DNA of 64,000 nucleotides from a bacterium. GTDB lineage: Bacteria > UBA8248. A program made the translations under genes and the position numbers. The notes beneath the pieces were generated by a model. That model was not told the DNA's origin, made no database searches, and was given only the letters and a program-made list of their open reading frames with translations. Within the stretch, counting starts at the first letter, position 1; every line of letters starts with the position of its first letter. The stretch covers positions 2,048,001-2,112,000 of the forward strand of contig CBDBZU010000004.1 in NCBI GenBank assembly GCA_965213625.1, given 5' to 3'. Positions 39,824-50,307 of the stretch are shown here, piece after piece.

Positions 39824-40861
39824 ATGCCTAAAATCGCCGTGGTCGGAGCCACGGGGTATACGGGTTTTGAATTGTTGAGGCTTCTCGGATCCCACGGGGG
39901 TGTGGAAGTAATAGCCCTCACGTCCGAGACCTACACAGGCAAGAAGGTGGATGAGGTGTTTCCCGCCCTCGCCTCCGTCAATGGCGGTACGCTCGTGAAG
40001 TTCGAACTCGCAGTCTGCGAGGGAGCCGACATCGTATTTTGCTGCCTGCCCCACAGGGTGGCGATGAACACCGTACCCTCCTTGCTGGAGGCCGGTCACC
40101 GTGTGGTAGATTTTTCCGCCGATTACCGCTTGCGGGATTTTACCGTCTATGAAGCATGGTACAAGACAGAGCATACCTCTCCCGAAAGAATAACGGACGC
40201 CGTCTACGGGGTGCCCGAACTCTATCGAGAGGACATCAAAAAGGCGCGCCTCGTCGCGAACCCGGGTTGTTACCCCACGGGAGCGATTCTGGCCCTGGCT
40301 CCGCTATTAAGGGCGAGGCTCATAAAGCCGGACTCCATCATCGTGGATGCGAAGTCCGGTGTCTCGGGAGCGGGCAGAAAAGCGGATTTGAGCATTCAGT
40401 TCAGCGAGGTGAACGAGGGCTTCAAGGCCTACAGCGTGGGAAATCATCGCCATACGCCAGAAATTGAACAGGAGTTGTCCGTCGCCTTGGGTGAAACGGT
40501 GCAGGTTTCCTTTACCCCGCATCTGGCGCCCATTACGCGGGGCATTCTCTCGACCATCTATGCCGAGGGCGAGGGCGGCGCCGACGCCTCGGCGGTTCGG
40601 GCGGCGCTTCGCGACGCCTATGCGGATGAGCCGTTCATCCGCCTGATGCCCGAGGGCGCATTTCCCAACGTGACGCAGGTGGCCGGGTCGAACTACGTGG
40701 ATGTCGGTTTGACGCATGATGAGCGTACCTCGCGCTTCATCATTGTCGCGGCGATAGATAACCTGGTGAAAGGCGCATCGGGCGCTGCGGTTCAGAACAT
40801 GAACCTGATGCTGGGGCTTCCAGAAACACAAGGTCTCCTGCACCCGGGTTTTTGGATGTAA
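39824..40861 (+). CDS. argC: N-acetyl-gamma-glutamyl-phosphate reductase
   Basis: GATGYTG, ANPGCYPT, SGVSGAGR, HRHTPEI, DNLVKGASG.AVQN. Confidence 0.96.
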   Translation: MPKIAVVGATGYTGFELLRLLGSHGGVEVIALTSETYTGKKVDEVFPALASVNGGTLVKFELAVCEGADIVFCCLPHRVAMNTVPSLLEAGHRVVDFSADYRLRDFTVYEAWYKTEHTSPERITDAVYGVPELYREDIKKARLVANPGCYPTGAILALAPLLRARLIKPDSIIVDAKSGVSGAGRKADLSIQFSEVNEGFKAYSVGNHRHTPEIEQELSVALGETVQVSFTPHLAPITRGILSTIYAEGEGGADASAVRAALRDAYADEPFIRLMPEGAFPNVTQVAGSNYVDVGLTHDERTSRFIIVAAIDNLVKGASGAAVQNMNLMLGLPETQGLLHPGFWM

Positions 40862-40883
40862 GCGAAACGAAAAAGAAGGGATA

Positions 40884-42104
40884 TTGAAAGTGAGCGAAAT
40901 AGAATTCATTCAGGCGATTGAGGGTGGTGTTTGCGCGGCCGAGGGAGTCCGCGCCGCCTCGGTGACGGCGGGCATCAAGTATTCCGGCAATCCGGATATG
41001 GTGCTGCTCGTTTTTGACCCCCCGGCCACTGCCGCCGGCGTTTATACCCAGAACAAAATGTGCGCCGCTCCCGTCACCCTGTGCAGGGAACGGGTCGGGA
41101 AATCGCCATTGCGGGCGTTCCTAATCAACAGCGGCAACGCGAACGCCTGTACGGGCGAGCAGGGCTATCGAGACGCTGTGAGCCTGTGCGGTGAAGTGGC
41201 GGATTCGCTCGACTGCCCGGAAGCGCAAGTCGCCATGTCTTCCACAGGACTCATCGGCGCTCCGCTCCCGGTTGATTTGATGAAAGCCCAAATCGCAAAT
41301 CTGGTGTCCGGTCTTTCGGCGGACAATGGACACGAGGCGGCGGTGGGCATCATGACGACCGACACACGGCCTAAGGAGTATGCCGTTGAAGTCAGCACCC
41401 CGGAGGGTGATTACCGCATCGGCGGAATCACCAAGGGGGCCGGCATGATCGCTCCCGACATGGCGACCATGCTCGCCTACATCGCAACCGACGCCGTGGT
41501 TGCGCAAGCCGATCTCCAGGCCATCCTTCGGGCCGTCGTACGGAAAACATTCAACTGCGTGACGATTGACGGCGATACGTCGACGAACGACACGGTGATC
41601 CTGGCCGCCACGGGTGCATCCGAAGTGGCGCTCGAATCGACGGAAGCCCTGACGCGTTTCGAGGCGGGCCTTTACGGGGTGTGCAAGGAACTGGCCCTGG
41701 CCATCGTTCGCGATGGAGAGGGCGTCAACAAGGTGGTGGAGGTGAAAATCACGGGCGCCGCCAACGAGGAGCAGGCGCATATGGCGGCGAAGTCTGTTTC
41801 CGAGAGCCTGTTGGTCAAGACGGCCATTCATGGAGAAATGCCCAACTGGGGCCGAATGTTCGCTGCGGCCGGTTACAGCGGCGCGGATGTGGCTCCGGAT
41901 AAGATGTCGCTGAGATTCGAGAACGTGGAAGTGATGCGCGATGGCGCGCCTGTTCCGGGTTGGATCGAAGCACTGACACCTTTGCTCAAGCAACCCGAAT
42001 ACAGCCTCGAACTGGGGCTGGGAGTCGGTGATGCAGAAGCCGTTTTCTGGACGACGGATCTCAGCGCGGAATACGTGCGCTTCAACGCGGATTACAAGAC
42101 GTGA
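40884..42104 (+). CDS. argJ: Ornithine acetyltransferase / N-acetylglutamate synthase
   Basis: NSGNANACTG, IMTTDT, KGAGMIAPDMATML, DGDTSTND, NWGR. Confidence 0.96.
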   Translation: MKVSEIEFIQAIEGGVCAAEGVRAASVTAGIKYSGNPDMVLLVFDPPATAAGVYTQNKMCAAPVTLCRERVGKSPLRAFLINSGNANACTGEQGYRDAVSLCGEVADSLDCPEAQVAMSSTGLIGAPLPVDLMKAQIANLVSGLSADNGHEAAVGIMTTDTRPKEYAVEVSTPEGDYRIGGITKGAGMIAPDMATMLAYIATDAVVAQADLQAILRAVVRKTFNCVTIDGDTSTNDTVILAATGASEVALESTEALTRFEAGLYGVCKELALAIVRDGEGVNKVVEVKITGAANEEQAHMAAKSVSESLLVKTAIHGEMPNWGRMFAAAGYSGADVAPDKMSLRFENVEVMRDGAPVPGWIEALTPLLKQPEYSLELGLGVGDAEAVFWTTDLSAEYVRFNADYKT

Positions 42105-42300
42105 ACGCTTTTGATTCTGTGACTTGAATCGTCGGTGTTCTTATGAGACATTCCATCCGCCGAACGATGGCGGTCGTCGCGGCGGCGGAGTCGGTCGGCG
42201 AATTAATCGAATAAAATCAAATGCTTAAAAATTCAGCCTCATCCGCCAGGAGGCTGGCAGGGCCCCCCTCGATGAAAGGCGGGGCAAAAGGAGTTTTGCC

Positions 42301-43086
42301 GTGAACCCGATTACGTTGCGAGAGTTGCTGGAAGCCGGCGCCCACTTCGGGCACCAGACCATCCGATGGAACCCCAAGATGCGCCCTTATATTTTCGGTG
42401 CGCGAAACGGGATTTACATCATCGATCTTCAACAAACCCTCAAGTTGTTCAACGCGGCCCGCGAGGTGATCCGCGATATCGCGGCCAAGGGCGGCAAGGT
42501 GCTTTTTGTGGGGACGAAACAACAGGCCCAGGAAATCGTGATGGAAGAGGCCCGGAGCGTGGGGATGCCTTACGTCACCCAGCGTTGGCTCGGCGGGACA
42601 CTCACGAATTTCTCGACGATCAAAAACTCCATTGCGCGACTTTTGGATCTGGAATCAATGAAGAATGACGGCACTTTTGAGCTTTTGGCGAAAAAAGAGG
42701 CCGTCAGGCGCGAGAAGGACATGGCGCGGCTAGATAAGTTTTTGGGCGGCATCAAGCATATGGATAAACTGCCGCAAGCCATGTTCGTCATTGATACGGG
42801 CCATGAGTACAATGCCATTCGAGAGGCCAAAAAGCTGGGTATTCCCGTCATCGCGGTAGTGGACACGAATTCCGACCCAGACGGGGTGGATTACATTTTG
42901 CCTGGCAATGACGACGCCTTGCGCTCGATTCGCTTCTTCGTGGCGCAGGTGGCGGAGGCCATCGCCGAGGGTGTTACACTGCGCAAGGAGACAGGTGCCG
43001 AGGATGTCGAAGCCGTTGTAGCCTCAGGCGACACGGTAGCTGCGGAGATGATGGCGGCTGCCGCGGCACCGAAGGCGGAAAAATAA
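42301..43086 (+). CDS. rpsB: 30S ribosomal protein S2
   Basis: LLEAGAHFGHQ, WNPKM, RWLGGTLTN, DTNSDP, PGNDD. Confidence 0.98.
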   Translation: MNPITLRELLEAGAHFGHQTIRWNPKMRPYIFGARNGIYIIDLQQTLKLFNAAREVIRDIAAKGGKVLFVGTKQQAQEIVMEEARSVGMPYVTQRWLGGTLTNFSTIKNSIARLLDLESMKNDGTFELLAKKEAVRREKDMARLDKFLGGIKHMDKLPQAMFVIDTGHEYNAIREAKKLGIPVIAVVDTNSDPDGVDYILPGNDDALRSIRFFVAQVAEAIAEGVTLRKETGAEDVEAVVASGDTVAAEMMAAAAAPKAEK

Positions 43087-43135
43087 CAATTACTTTATTA
43101 CCGACAGCCGGATTTCATGGGGAGAGGTTCAGGGC

Positions 43136-44005
43136 ATGGAAGTAACCGCTCAGATGGTCAAGGAGTTACGAACCCGCACCGGTGCGGGTATCATGGATTG
43201 CAAGGAAGCCCTCAAGGAAAATGAAGGGGATTTTGAAGAAGCGGTGCGCTATTTGCGGGAAAAAGGACTTTCCAGCGCTGCAAAAAAAGCGGGGCGCGTG
43301 GCGAGCGAGGGCCAGATATACGCTTCTCTTGGAGAAGGCGGGCGCATGGGCGTCATAGTCGAGGTGAATTGCGAGACAGATTTCGTGGCCCGCACGGAAG
43401 ATTTCCAGGCGCTTCTAGATACTGTCGCGAACCACGTGAGGGACAATGGTGAGGACAATCTCGCCGAGGCTCTCAAAGAGGTTACTACGGAGGCAATAGC
43501 CAAGTTGGGAGAGAATATCGTCGTCGCGCGAGGAGAGCGCATCTCTCTGGGTGATGGGGAGTCGGGCAAGATGGCTTCCTACATTCATCCCGGTGGGCGA
43601 ATTGGCGTCTTGCTTGACTTGAGATGTGAAACGTCTGAGAAGGCGGGTGACGCCGCATTTGGAGAAACCGCGCGTGATCTGGCGATGCATATCGCAGCGA
43701 GTAGCCCCCAGTTCCTTTCTGAAGATCAGATTCCGGAGGTGGTCCTTCAGAGCGAGCGCGAGATTCTTCTCGCCCAGCAGAAGGATTCCGGGAAGCCTGA
43801 GAATATACTGGAGAAAATCGTCGAGGGACGCATCAACAAATACAAAAAAGAGATTTGCCTGCTCGATCAGCCGTTCGTAAAGGACACCGATAAGACGGTT
43901 CAGGCGTATCTCAAAGACAAAAGCGCGGAGTTGGGCGAGGAAATCCGGGTTTCTTCCTGGGCGCGATTCCAACTCGGCGAGCTTTCCGCGTCGGATGAAG
44001 GGTAA
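43136..44005 (+). CDS. tsf: Translation elongation factor Ts
   Basis: [32 protein letters not shown]. Confidence 0.97.
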   Translation: MEVTAQMVKELRTRTGAGIMDCKEALKENEGDFEEAVRYLREKGLSSAAKKAGRVASEGQIYASLGEGGRMGVIVEVNCETDFVARTEDFQALLDTVANHVRDNGEDNLAEALKEVTTEAIAKLGENIVVARGERISLGDGESGKMASYIHPGGRIGVLLDLRCETSEKAGDAAFGETARDLAMHIAASSPQFLSEDQIPEVVLQSEREILLAQQKDSGKPENILEKIVEGRINKYKKEICLLDQPFVKDTDKTVQAYLKDKSAELGEEIRVSSWARFQLGELSASDEG

Positions 44006-44067
44006 GTCCCTCTGACGCATTTTTCGCACCGCCCGTTGTCATTGACTTGAAATTTCTGGGGATGTCC

Positions 44068-44796
44068 ATGCGCGGTGACCTGCGATTCAAGAGGATCCTA
44101 TTGAAACTCTCGGGAGAAGCCCTGGGAGGAGAACTTAAATACGGGATCGATCATAACGTCGTTGACGACATAGCGCAGGAAATCAAAGAAATCCACCAGA
44201 TGGGAGTCGAAGTCACCATCGTCGTGGGCGGGGGGAATATCTTCCGGGGAGCGGCCGCCGCCGCTGCCGGAATGGAACGTACCAACGCCGACTACATGGG
44301 CATGCTCGGCACGGTCATCAACGCGTTGGCTCTTCAGCATGCGCTCGAAAAAGCGGACCTCGCCACACGCGTCCAGAGCGCCATCCACATGGCCGAATTG
44401 TGCGAGCCCTATATCAGAAGGCGTGCAATTCGACACATGGAAAAAGGCCGGGTCGTTATCTTTGCCGGTGGCACCGGGAATCCCTATTTCACGACGGATA
44501 CCACCGCCAGCCTCAGAGCCATAGAAGTGGGCGCCGAGTGCATACTCAAAGCAACGAACGTGGATGGCGTTTTCTCCGCCGATCCCCATCAGGACGATAC
44601 AGCCGAGTTCATCGATCAGTTGACGTATATCGAGGTGCTTAATCGCCAGCTCGCAGTCATGGACACCACCGCCGTGAGCTTGTGCATGGATAACAATTTG
44701 CCCATTATTGTCTTTAACTTGCTCGAGCCCGGCAACATTCGCCGCGTCGTGGAAGGAGAGCAGGTAGGGACTTTGGTGAAGTCCGCCGAGGCCTGA
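44068..44796 (+). CDS. pyrH: UMP kinase
   Basis: [29 protein letters not shown]. Confidence 0.97.
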   Translation: MRGDLRFKRILLKLSGEALGGELKYGIDHNVVDDIAQEIKEIHQMGVEVTIVVGGGNIFRGAAAAAAGMERTNADYMGMLGTVINALALQHALEKADLATRVQSAIHMAELCEPYIRRRAIRHMEKGRVVIFAGGTGNPYFTTDTTASLRAIEVGAECILKATNVDGVFSADPHQDDTAEFIDQLTYIEVLNRQLAVMDTTAVSLCMDNNLPIIVFNLLEPGNIRRVVEGEQVGTLVKSAEA

Positions 44797-44891
44797 TTCG
44801 GCGCGGGGTGCGCTTGCCCGGTTTCGGCGCAAGAGCTTGGGCGAAGCGAGTGAAAAGATGATATTGGGCTTCCAGCAGGGGGAGACGGTCG

Positions 44892-45446
44892 ATGGATGAG
44901 GTTCTCGCCGCGTTAAAGAAAAGAATGCAGTCCACTGTGGATTCATACAAATCCGAAATCGCCCGCGTACGAACCGGTCGCGCTTCCACGAATCTCATCA
45001 GTGGCGTGATGGTCGACTATTATGGAACCGCCACGCCGTTGAATCAGCTTGCCACGCTGAACGTGCCCGAACCTCAACTCATTATCGTTCAACCTTTCGA
45101 CATCAACTCGTTGGGCGAAATCGAAAAGGCGATTCAATCGGCGGAGTTGGGCCTGAACCCGTCTAATGATGGCAAGATTATTCGCGTACCGGTGCCGGCA
45201 CTCACCGAGGAACGCCGCAAGGAGATGGTGAAACTGCTCAAGAAGATGACCGAAGAGCATAAGGTGGCCCTTCGCAATATCCGTCGCGATGGCAACGATG
45301 ACATGAAAACTCTCGAGAGAAGCAAAGATATTACCGAGGATGACCTCAGAAAAGGGCAGGGAGATGTCCAGAAGCTGACGGATCAGTTTGTCTCAGATTT
45401 AGATGATTTGCTTTCAGGCAAAGAGAAAGAAATTCTGGAGGTCTAG
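44892..45446 (+). CDS. frr: Ribosome recycling factor
   Basis: VRTGRAS, VDYYG, LGLNP, LTEERRKE, RNIRRD. Confidence 0.97.
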   Translation: MDEVLAALKKRMQSTVDSYKSEIARVRTGRASTNLISGVMVDYYGTATPLNQLATLNVPEPQLIIVQPFDINSLGEIEKAIQSAELGLNPSNDGKIIRVPVPALTEERRKEMVKLLKKMTEEHKVALRNIRRDGNDDMKTLERSKDITEDDLRKGQGDVQKLTDQFVSDLDDLLSGKEKEILEV

Positions 45447-45464
45447 TTTTTCAACGGAGCGCGT

Positions 45465-46223
45465 ATGGAATCTCGCATCGACCCACACATCGATCTTGAG
45501 CGGCTCCCCCACCATATCGGTATAATCATGGATGGCAACGGCCGTTGGGCCCAGAAGCGGTTTCTCCCTCGGGTCGCCGGCCACCGCGAAGGCGTGAAGT
45601 CGGTAGACAGGGTGGTGGCGCATGCGCGCCGCATCGGCATCAAGGCCCTTACTCTCTACAGCTTCTCTCTTGAGAATTGGAACAGACCCAAAGACGAAGT
45701 TGACGCGCTCATGGACATTCTGGCGGATTACCTCGAGCGCGAACTTCAAAGGATGCTCAGGGAGGGTATCCGTTTCAACACGATCGGGCACGAAGAGGAT
45801 TTGCCCTTGTTTGCTCGCGAGATTGTCCAGCGCGTCAAGGAGCAGACGGCTGATCAGGACGGAATGGTTTTAACCCTGGCGCTGAGCTACGGCGCAAGGC
45901 GGGAAATCACCGACGCGGCGAGAGCCATATCTGAAGAAGTGCAAAAAGGAATTCTTCAGCCCGAGGAAATCGATGAGAGTGACATTGAGCGCCATCTGTA
46001 TACGGCGGATTTACCCAAACTCGACCTCCTGGTTCGAACCAGCGGCGAACTGAGGCTCTCGAATTATCTGCTTTGGCAGGCGGCGTATGCGGAACTGTAT
46101 TTTACCGAAATCAAATGGCCGGAATTCGGAGAGCGCGAACTCGAAGACGCCATACTCGCTTATCAGTCCCGGGTGCGGAAATTCGGTCTCACCGAGGAGC
46201 AATTCACGACCCGGAGAAACTAG
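45465..46223 (+). CDS. uppS: Undecaprenyl diphosphate synthase
   Basis: HIGIIMDGNGRWA, FSLENWNRP, RTSGELRLSNYLLWQ. Confidence 0.96.
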   Translation: MESRIDPHIDLERLPHHIGIIMDGNGRWAQKRFLPRVAGHREGVKSVDRVVAHARRIGIKALTLYSFSLENWNRPKDEVDALMDILADYLERELQRMLREGIRFNTIGHEEDLPLFAREIVQRVKEQTADQDGMVLTLALSYGARREITDAARAISEEVQKGILQPEEIDESDIERHLYTADLPKLDLLVRTSGELRLSNYLLWQAAYAELYFTEIKWPEFGERELEDAILAYQSRVRKFGLTEEQFTTRRN

Positions 46224-46226
46224 GTT

Positions 46227-47018
46227 TTGACCCGCCTCATCAGCGCCCTGGTTCTTGCGGCGCCCATTCTCGCCGTCTTGTTTTTCACCTCCTCGATCGT
46301 ATTTCTCTGTGTGGTGCTTATACTTGTTTTTCGCGCAGGCTGGGAATTTCAGACCCTGATTAAACTATGTGGGTGGCGCGTAAGAGCATGGGAAGGAGCT
46401 CTGGATGCCTGTGCCTTTGTGCTTGCAGTGTGGGTGGGTGGCGTTTTGCCGCCTTTGGTCCTCGCGGTTATCCTGCTTCGGGTCTTTTTGAAGGCGTTTT
46501 CAAGTGAGGTTCTTCGAGAGAGCCTCACTTTGACGGGCGTGTCGTTTCTCGGAGTGATTTGGGTGGGCGGCGCCGGTGGTTTGATCGCGCTTATCAGGAC
46601 TTTCCCGGGTGGCATGGAGGCCACCCTCCTTTTGTTTATCGTCGTTTGGGCGAACGATATTGCGGCCATGTTCATTGGCAAGACGTTGGGAAAAAGAAAA
46701 TTGGCGCCCAAAATCAGCCCCGGAAAAACGGTGGAAGGGGCAATCGGGGGAATACTTGTTGGTGTCTTTGCAGGCGTCCTAACGGCGTTCTATATGGACA
46801 TTCCCGGAGTCGACCCGTGGTTCGCGATTTCTGTTTCGGGAGGTATCGGGCTCTTCGCTATTATAGGGGATTTAGCTGAATCGATCTTAAAGCGCGCAGC
46901 GGGGGAGAAGGACGCTTCCGACATTATCCCAGGCCATGGGGGTCTGCTCGATAGGATTGATGGTTTGCTCGTGGCGGGTCCTGCGTTTTACTGTTACTTG
47001 TACTGGGTGCAGCTTTAA
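46227..47018 (+). CDS. cdsA: Phosphatidate cytidylyltransferase
   Basis: ISPGKTVEG, GDLAESILKR..KD...IPGHGGLLDRID. Confidence 0.93.
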   Translation: MTRLISALVLAAPILAVLFFTSSIVFLCVVLILVFRAGWEFQTLIKLCGWRVRAWEGALDACAFVLAVWVGGVLPPLVLAVILLRVFLKAFSSEVLRESLTLTGVSFLGVIWVGGAGGLIALIRTFPGGMEATLLLFIVVWANDIAAMFIGKTLGKRKLAPKISPGKTVEGAIGGILVGVFAGVLTAFYMDIPGVDPWFAISVSGGIGLFAIIGDLAESILKRAAGEKDASDIIPGHGGLLDRIDGLLVAGPAFYCYLYWVQL

Positions 47019-47047
47019 GTCACTGCGCATCGGGGGTGAGCCGAAAA

Positions 47048-48217
47048 ATGGAACGGCGAAAGATCGCCATATTAGGTTCTACCGGCAGCATTGGGGAAAA
47101 CGCCCTCGATGTTGTTGCGCAATTCCCCGAGAGAATCGATGTCGTGGCGCTCGCTGCCGGAAGGAACTGGGAGCGGCTCGTTGAGCAGGCGAGACGATTT
47201 CGGCCCGATATTATATCCGTAGCCGATAATACGGACGCGACGCGCGTCGAGGATGCGCTCCCTCACGAGACCAGGGTGCTAGCGGGTGAGGAAGGTTTGC
47301 GGGAAGTAGCCGCGGGCGCAGGCGCGGATCTCGTAGTCTCCGCCTTGGTGGGCGCGGCGGGACTTCCGCCGACGCTGGCCGCCATCGATGTAGGCGCCTC
47401 GATTGCGCTCGCGAACAAAGAAGTACTCGTCATGGCCGGAGAGCTTGTGACGTCGCGCGTTTCGGCTCGTGAAGTCGAGTTGCTACCGGTTGATAGCGAG
47501 CATGCGGGCGTGGCGCAAGCGCTCGCTGACAACCCACAGTCCCAGGTGGAGCGGATCGTGCTTACGGCGTCGGGCGGTCCTTTTCGGAACCATTCGATCG
47601 AGGCGATGAAGAACGTGTGCCTTGAAGAAGCATTGAATCATCCGAACTGGAAGATGGGGCCCAAGATTACGATTGATTCCGCATCCATGATGAACAAGGG
47701 TCTTGAAATCATCGAGGCGCGCTGGCTCTTCGGCCTGAGGCCCGAACAGGTGGACGTGCTGGTCCATCCGCAGAGTATCGTGCATGCCATGGTGGAATTC
47801 GTCGACGGGAGTTTCATCGCGCAATTGAGCATGCCCGATATGCGGATCCCCATAGCGCAGGCTATTTTTTCTCCCGAGAAGTTGCCCATCAAGGCGCCGA
47901 GACTCGATTTGGCGCAAGTTGGTTCGCTGACTTTCGAAGCACCGGATCCAAAGCGGTTTCCCTGTCTCTCTCATGCGAAAAACGCGATGCGCGATGGAGG
48001 GACGGCGCCCGCCGTTCTCAATGCGGCGAACGAGGTAGCCGTCGCTTCGTTCCTCTCGGGCGCATCGAAATTCATGGATATACCGGATGTAGTGGGGGCT
48101 GCGCTGGAAGCGCACGTGAAGATGGAGGCGGATGATTTGGAGACGATCCTGACGGCGGATCGCTGGGCAAGAGAGTACGCCGCCTCCCGGCTGAACGGAA
48201 CCATTGCAAGCCACTAA
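47048..48217 (+). CDS. dxr: 1-deoxy-D-xylulose-5-phosphate reductoisomerase
   Basis: LGSTGSIG, LANKE, PVDSEH, TASGGPF, HPNWKMGPKITIDSA, NAANE. Confidence 0.97.
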   Translation: MERRKIAILGSTGSIGENALDVVAQFPERIDVVALAAGRNWERLVEQARRFRPDIISVADNTDATRVEDALPHETRVLAGEEGLREVAAGAGADLVVSALVGAAGLPPTLAAIDVGASIALANKEVLVMAGELVTSRVSAREVELLPVDSEHAGVAQALADNPQSQVERIVLTASGGPFRNHSIEAMKNVCLEEALNHPNWKMGPKITIDSASMMNKGLEIIEARWLFGLRPEQVDVLVHPQSIVHAMVEFVDGSFIAQLSMPDMRIPIAQAIFSPEKLPIKAPRLDLAQVGSLTFEAPDPKRFPCLSHAKNAMRDGGTAPAVLNAANEVAVASFLSGASKFMDIPDVVGAALEAHVKMEADDLETILTADRWAREYAASRLNGTIASH

Positions 48218-48222
48218 ATTTT

Positions 48223-48693
48223 ATGAGCCATCAAGTCGAGAGCGAGGCCATGCCCCGGCTTGTCGCCACGTTGGGCGGCCTCGGGCTGGTTCCTCTGGCC
48301 CCGGGTACGGTCGCTTCTTTCATAGCCGTACTGGCATATTTTCTGCTCTATCAAATCAACTCTTATGTTCCCATCTTGTTTTTACTGCTCTTGATTCCCA
48401 TTGCTATTTGGGGGTCCGGGAAATATGAAGCGAGTACGCATCAGCAAGACCCCCCGGAGATCGTTGTGGATGAATGGGTGGGTCAGTTCATCTGCTTCAT
48501 CGGGGTCGAGCCGAGCCCGAGCACTCTGGTAGTGGGCTTTTTACTGTTTCGTTTTTTTGACATTATCAAGCTGCCGCCGGTTCGACGCCTCGAAGATTTG
48601 CCGGGCGGCGTGGGCATTGTGGCGGACGACGTCGCCGCGGGAATTATCGGCTGGGCAGTCTTGTTTGGTTTGTCATACATTGGGGTGGTCTGA
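48223..48693 (+). CDS. pgpA: Phosphatidylglycerophosphatase A
   Basis: APGTVAS, DPPEIVVDEWVG, FRFFDI.K, GIVADDVAAG. Confidence 0.92.
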   Translation: MSHQVESEAMPRLVATLGGLGLVPLAPGTVASFIAVLAYFLLYQINSYVPILFLLLLIPIAIWGSGKYEASTHQQDPPEIVVDEWVGQFICFIGVEPSPSTLVVGFLLFRFFDIIKLPPVRRLEDLPGGVGIVADDVAAGIIGWAVLFGLSYIGVV

Positions 48694-48713
48694 TTTCTAG
48701 GGGGCGAAGGGAA

Positions 48714-49211
48714 ATGGCGGGATCCGTGGAGGAATGGCTTGGGTCGTATCTAGGTGATAAAGGATGGCGCATCGCCACGGCGGAAAGTTGTACGGGCGGC
48801 CTTATCGCCAGTCGAATTACTGATATTTCCGGGAGTTCCGCTTATTTCGAGCAGGGCTTTATCACATACAGCAATGAGGCGAAAATTGCGCTTCTGGGCG
48901 TATCGAAAGACATCGTGGCGGCCGAGGGCGGACCGGGAGCGGTGAGCGAAGCCTGCGCGCGCGCGATGGCGGAAGGCGTTCGCGCGGCGACGGGGAGCGA
49001 TGTCGGACTCTCCGTAACGGGCATCGCCGGTCCCACGGGTGGAACCGCCGAGAAGCCGGTGGGCACGGTGTATATGGCCGTCGCCACGCCTTCGGGCACT
49101 ACATGTCGACATCACCTGTTCGAAGGTTCTCGCCTGGAAGTGAAGGCCAAGACGGCGCAAGCCGCACTCGATATGGCGCGCGATGCCCTGGAAGCGTTGA
49201 ATTCAAGATGA
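48714..49211 (+). CDS. cinA: CinA C-terminal domain protein (NMN deamidase PncC-like)
   Basis: ATAESCTGG, GSSAYF, GAVS, TGIAGPTGGT. Confidence 0.9.
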   Translation: MAGSVEEWLGSYLGDKGWRIATAESCTGGLIASRITDISGSSAYFEQGFITYSNEAKIALLGVSKDIVAAEGGPGAVSEACARAMAEGVRAATGSDVGLSVTGIAGPTGGTAEKPVGTVYMAVATPSGTTCRHHLFEGSRLEVKAKTAQAALDMARDALEALNSR

Positions 49212-49292
49212 TGCGCGAGAAAGATCATCTACCGCGCACAGCAGGTATTCTCGTAACCCGAGAGGTGAGACGATCTCTAAAGGAGATTCTCC

Positions 49293-49868
49293 ATGCGCGC
49301 ATTTTTGGCAATTCCATTCAGCGCGGATGAGCACAAAATATTGGAATCGCTTCAGGAATCACTTGCCACGATGCCTGCTCTCGGAGATTTCCGTTGGATG
49401 AGGCCCCGGAACATTCACATCACCCTGCGCTTTTTGGGTGATATCGAGGATGCGCAGGCCGAGACTGTCGCAGAGGCGTTGCGCCGTGCGAGTGAGCAAG
49501 TCTGTGCTTTCGATATTTCGATTGATCGCTTTGGCGTCTTTCCGCAACTCAAGCGTCCGAGCGTGCTCTGGGTAGGGCCCTCGGAAACGCCGGGTCCTCT
49601 AACTGAACTGGAAGCGAATCTTTCTCTTTATTTGGGCGAAGCGGGGTTTCCCACCGGAGAAGGAGCCTTCCGCCCGCATTTAACAATCGCCCGCCGCCGC
49701 TCCCGCGACCGCCCCCCTGCAGGGCTCGAAGGTGAGCTTGAAGTCGCCGAGCAGCGATGGCTGACGCCTCCACTCATCTGCCGCGCACGCGAAGCGGTTT
49801 TGTTCAGAAGCGAACTCAATCCCTCGGGCGCCATTCACACAGCCCTCGAAAAAGTGAATTTTCGCTAG
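49293..49868 (+). CDS. thpR: RNA 2',3'-cyclic phosphodiesterase (2H family)
   Basis: Two HxT motifs, HITLRFLG and PHLTIAR. Confidence 0.92.
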   Translation: MRAFLAIPFSADEHKILESLQESLATMPALGDFRWMRPRNIHITLRFLGDIEDAQAETVAEALRRASEQVCAFDISIDRFGVFPQLKRPSVLWVGPSETPGPLTELEANLSLYLGEAGFPTGEGAFRPHLTIARRRSRDRPPAGLEGELEVAEQRWLTPPLICRAREAVLFRSELNPSGAIHTALEKVNFR

Positions 49869-50307
49869 GCGCGGCGAAGAGTTCACCTGCTTCGTGACGT
49901 CTGATGCCTCCCGGAATTGCAATCGCTGAAAATCCGTCTCCCTAAGTGAATCCCGCATTGTGATGAGGGAGGTAAGCGACGCCTGGCCCGAGCTCCTCTA
50001 AAGGAATTCACTTCGCTAACAGATATCCTGCTTTCGTCTGTCTATACGCGAAAAAAAACAGCTTTTTATGTATATTTTCGCTTTTTATACTTGATCCGCA
50101 GATCGTTTTCACGTATATTTTGCGAAAGTTAACGCCGCTGTCGCTGGGGACCATGGAAAGACAAGGATATGGGGCTTTCCCCGCACAAGCTCTTTTGGGA
50201 GTGACGGCGTTTGCCGTATTGCAGAAAACGGGGCAATCCCCTACATTCAACCTATGTCCGCCATCGCCCGAACCGGTGCGCATTCCTCCATCCAAGGGAG
50301 TTTTCCG

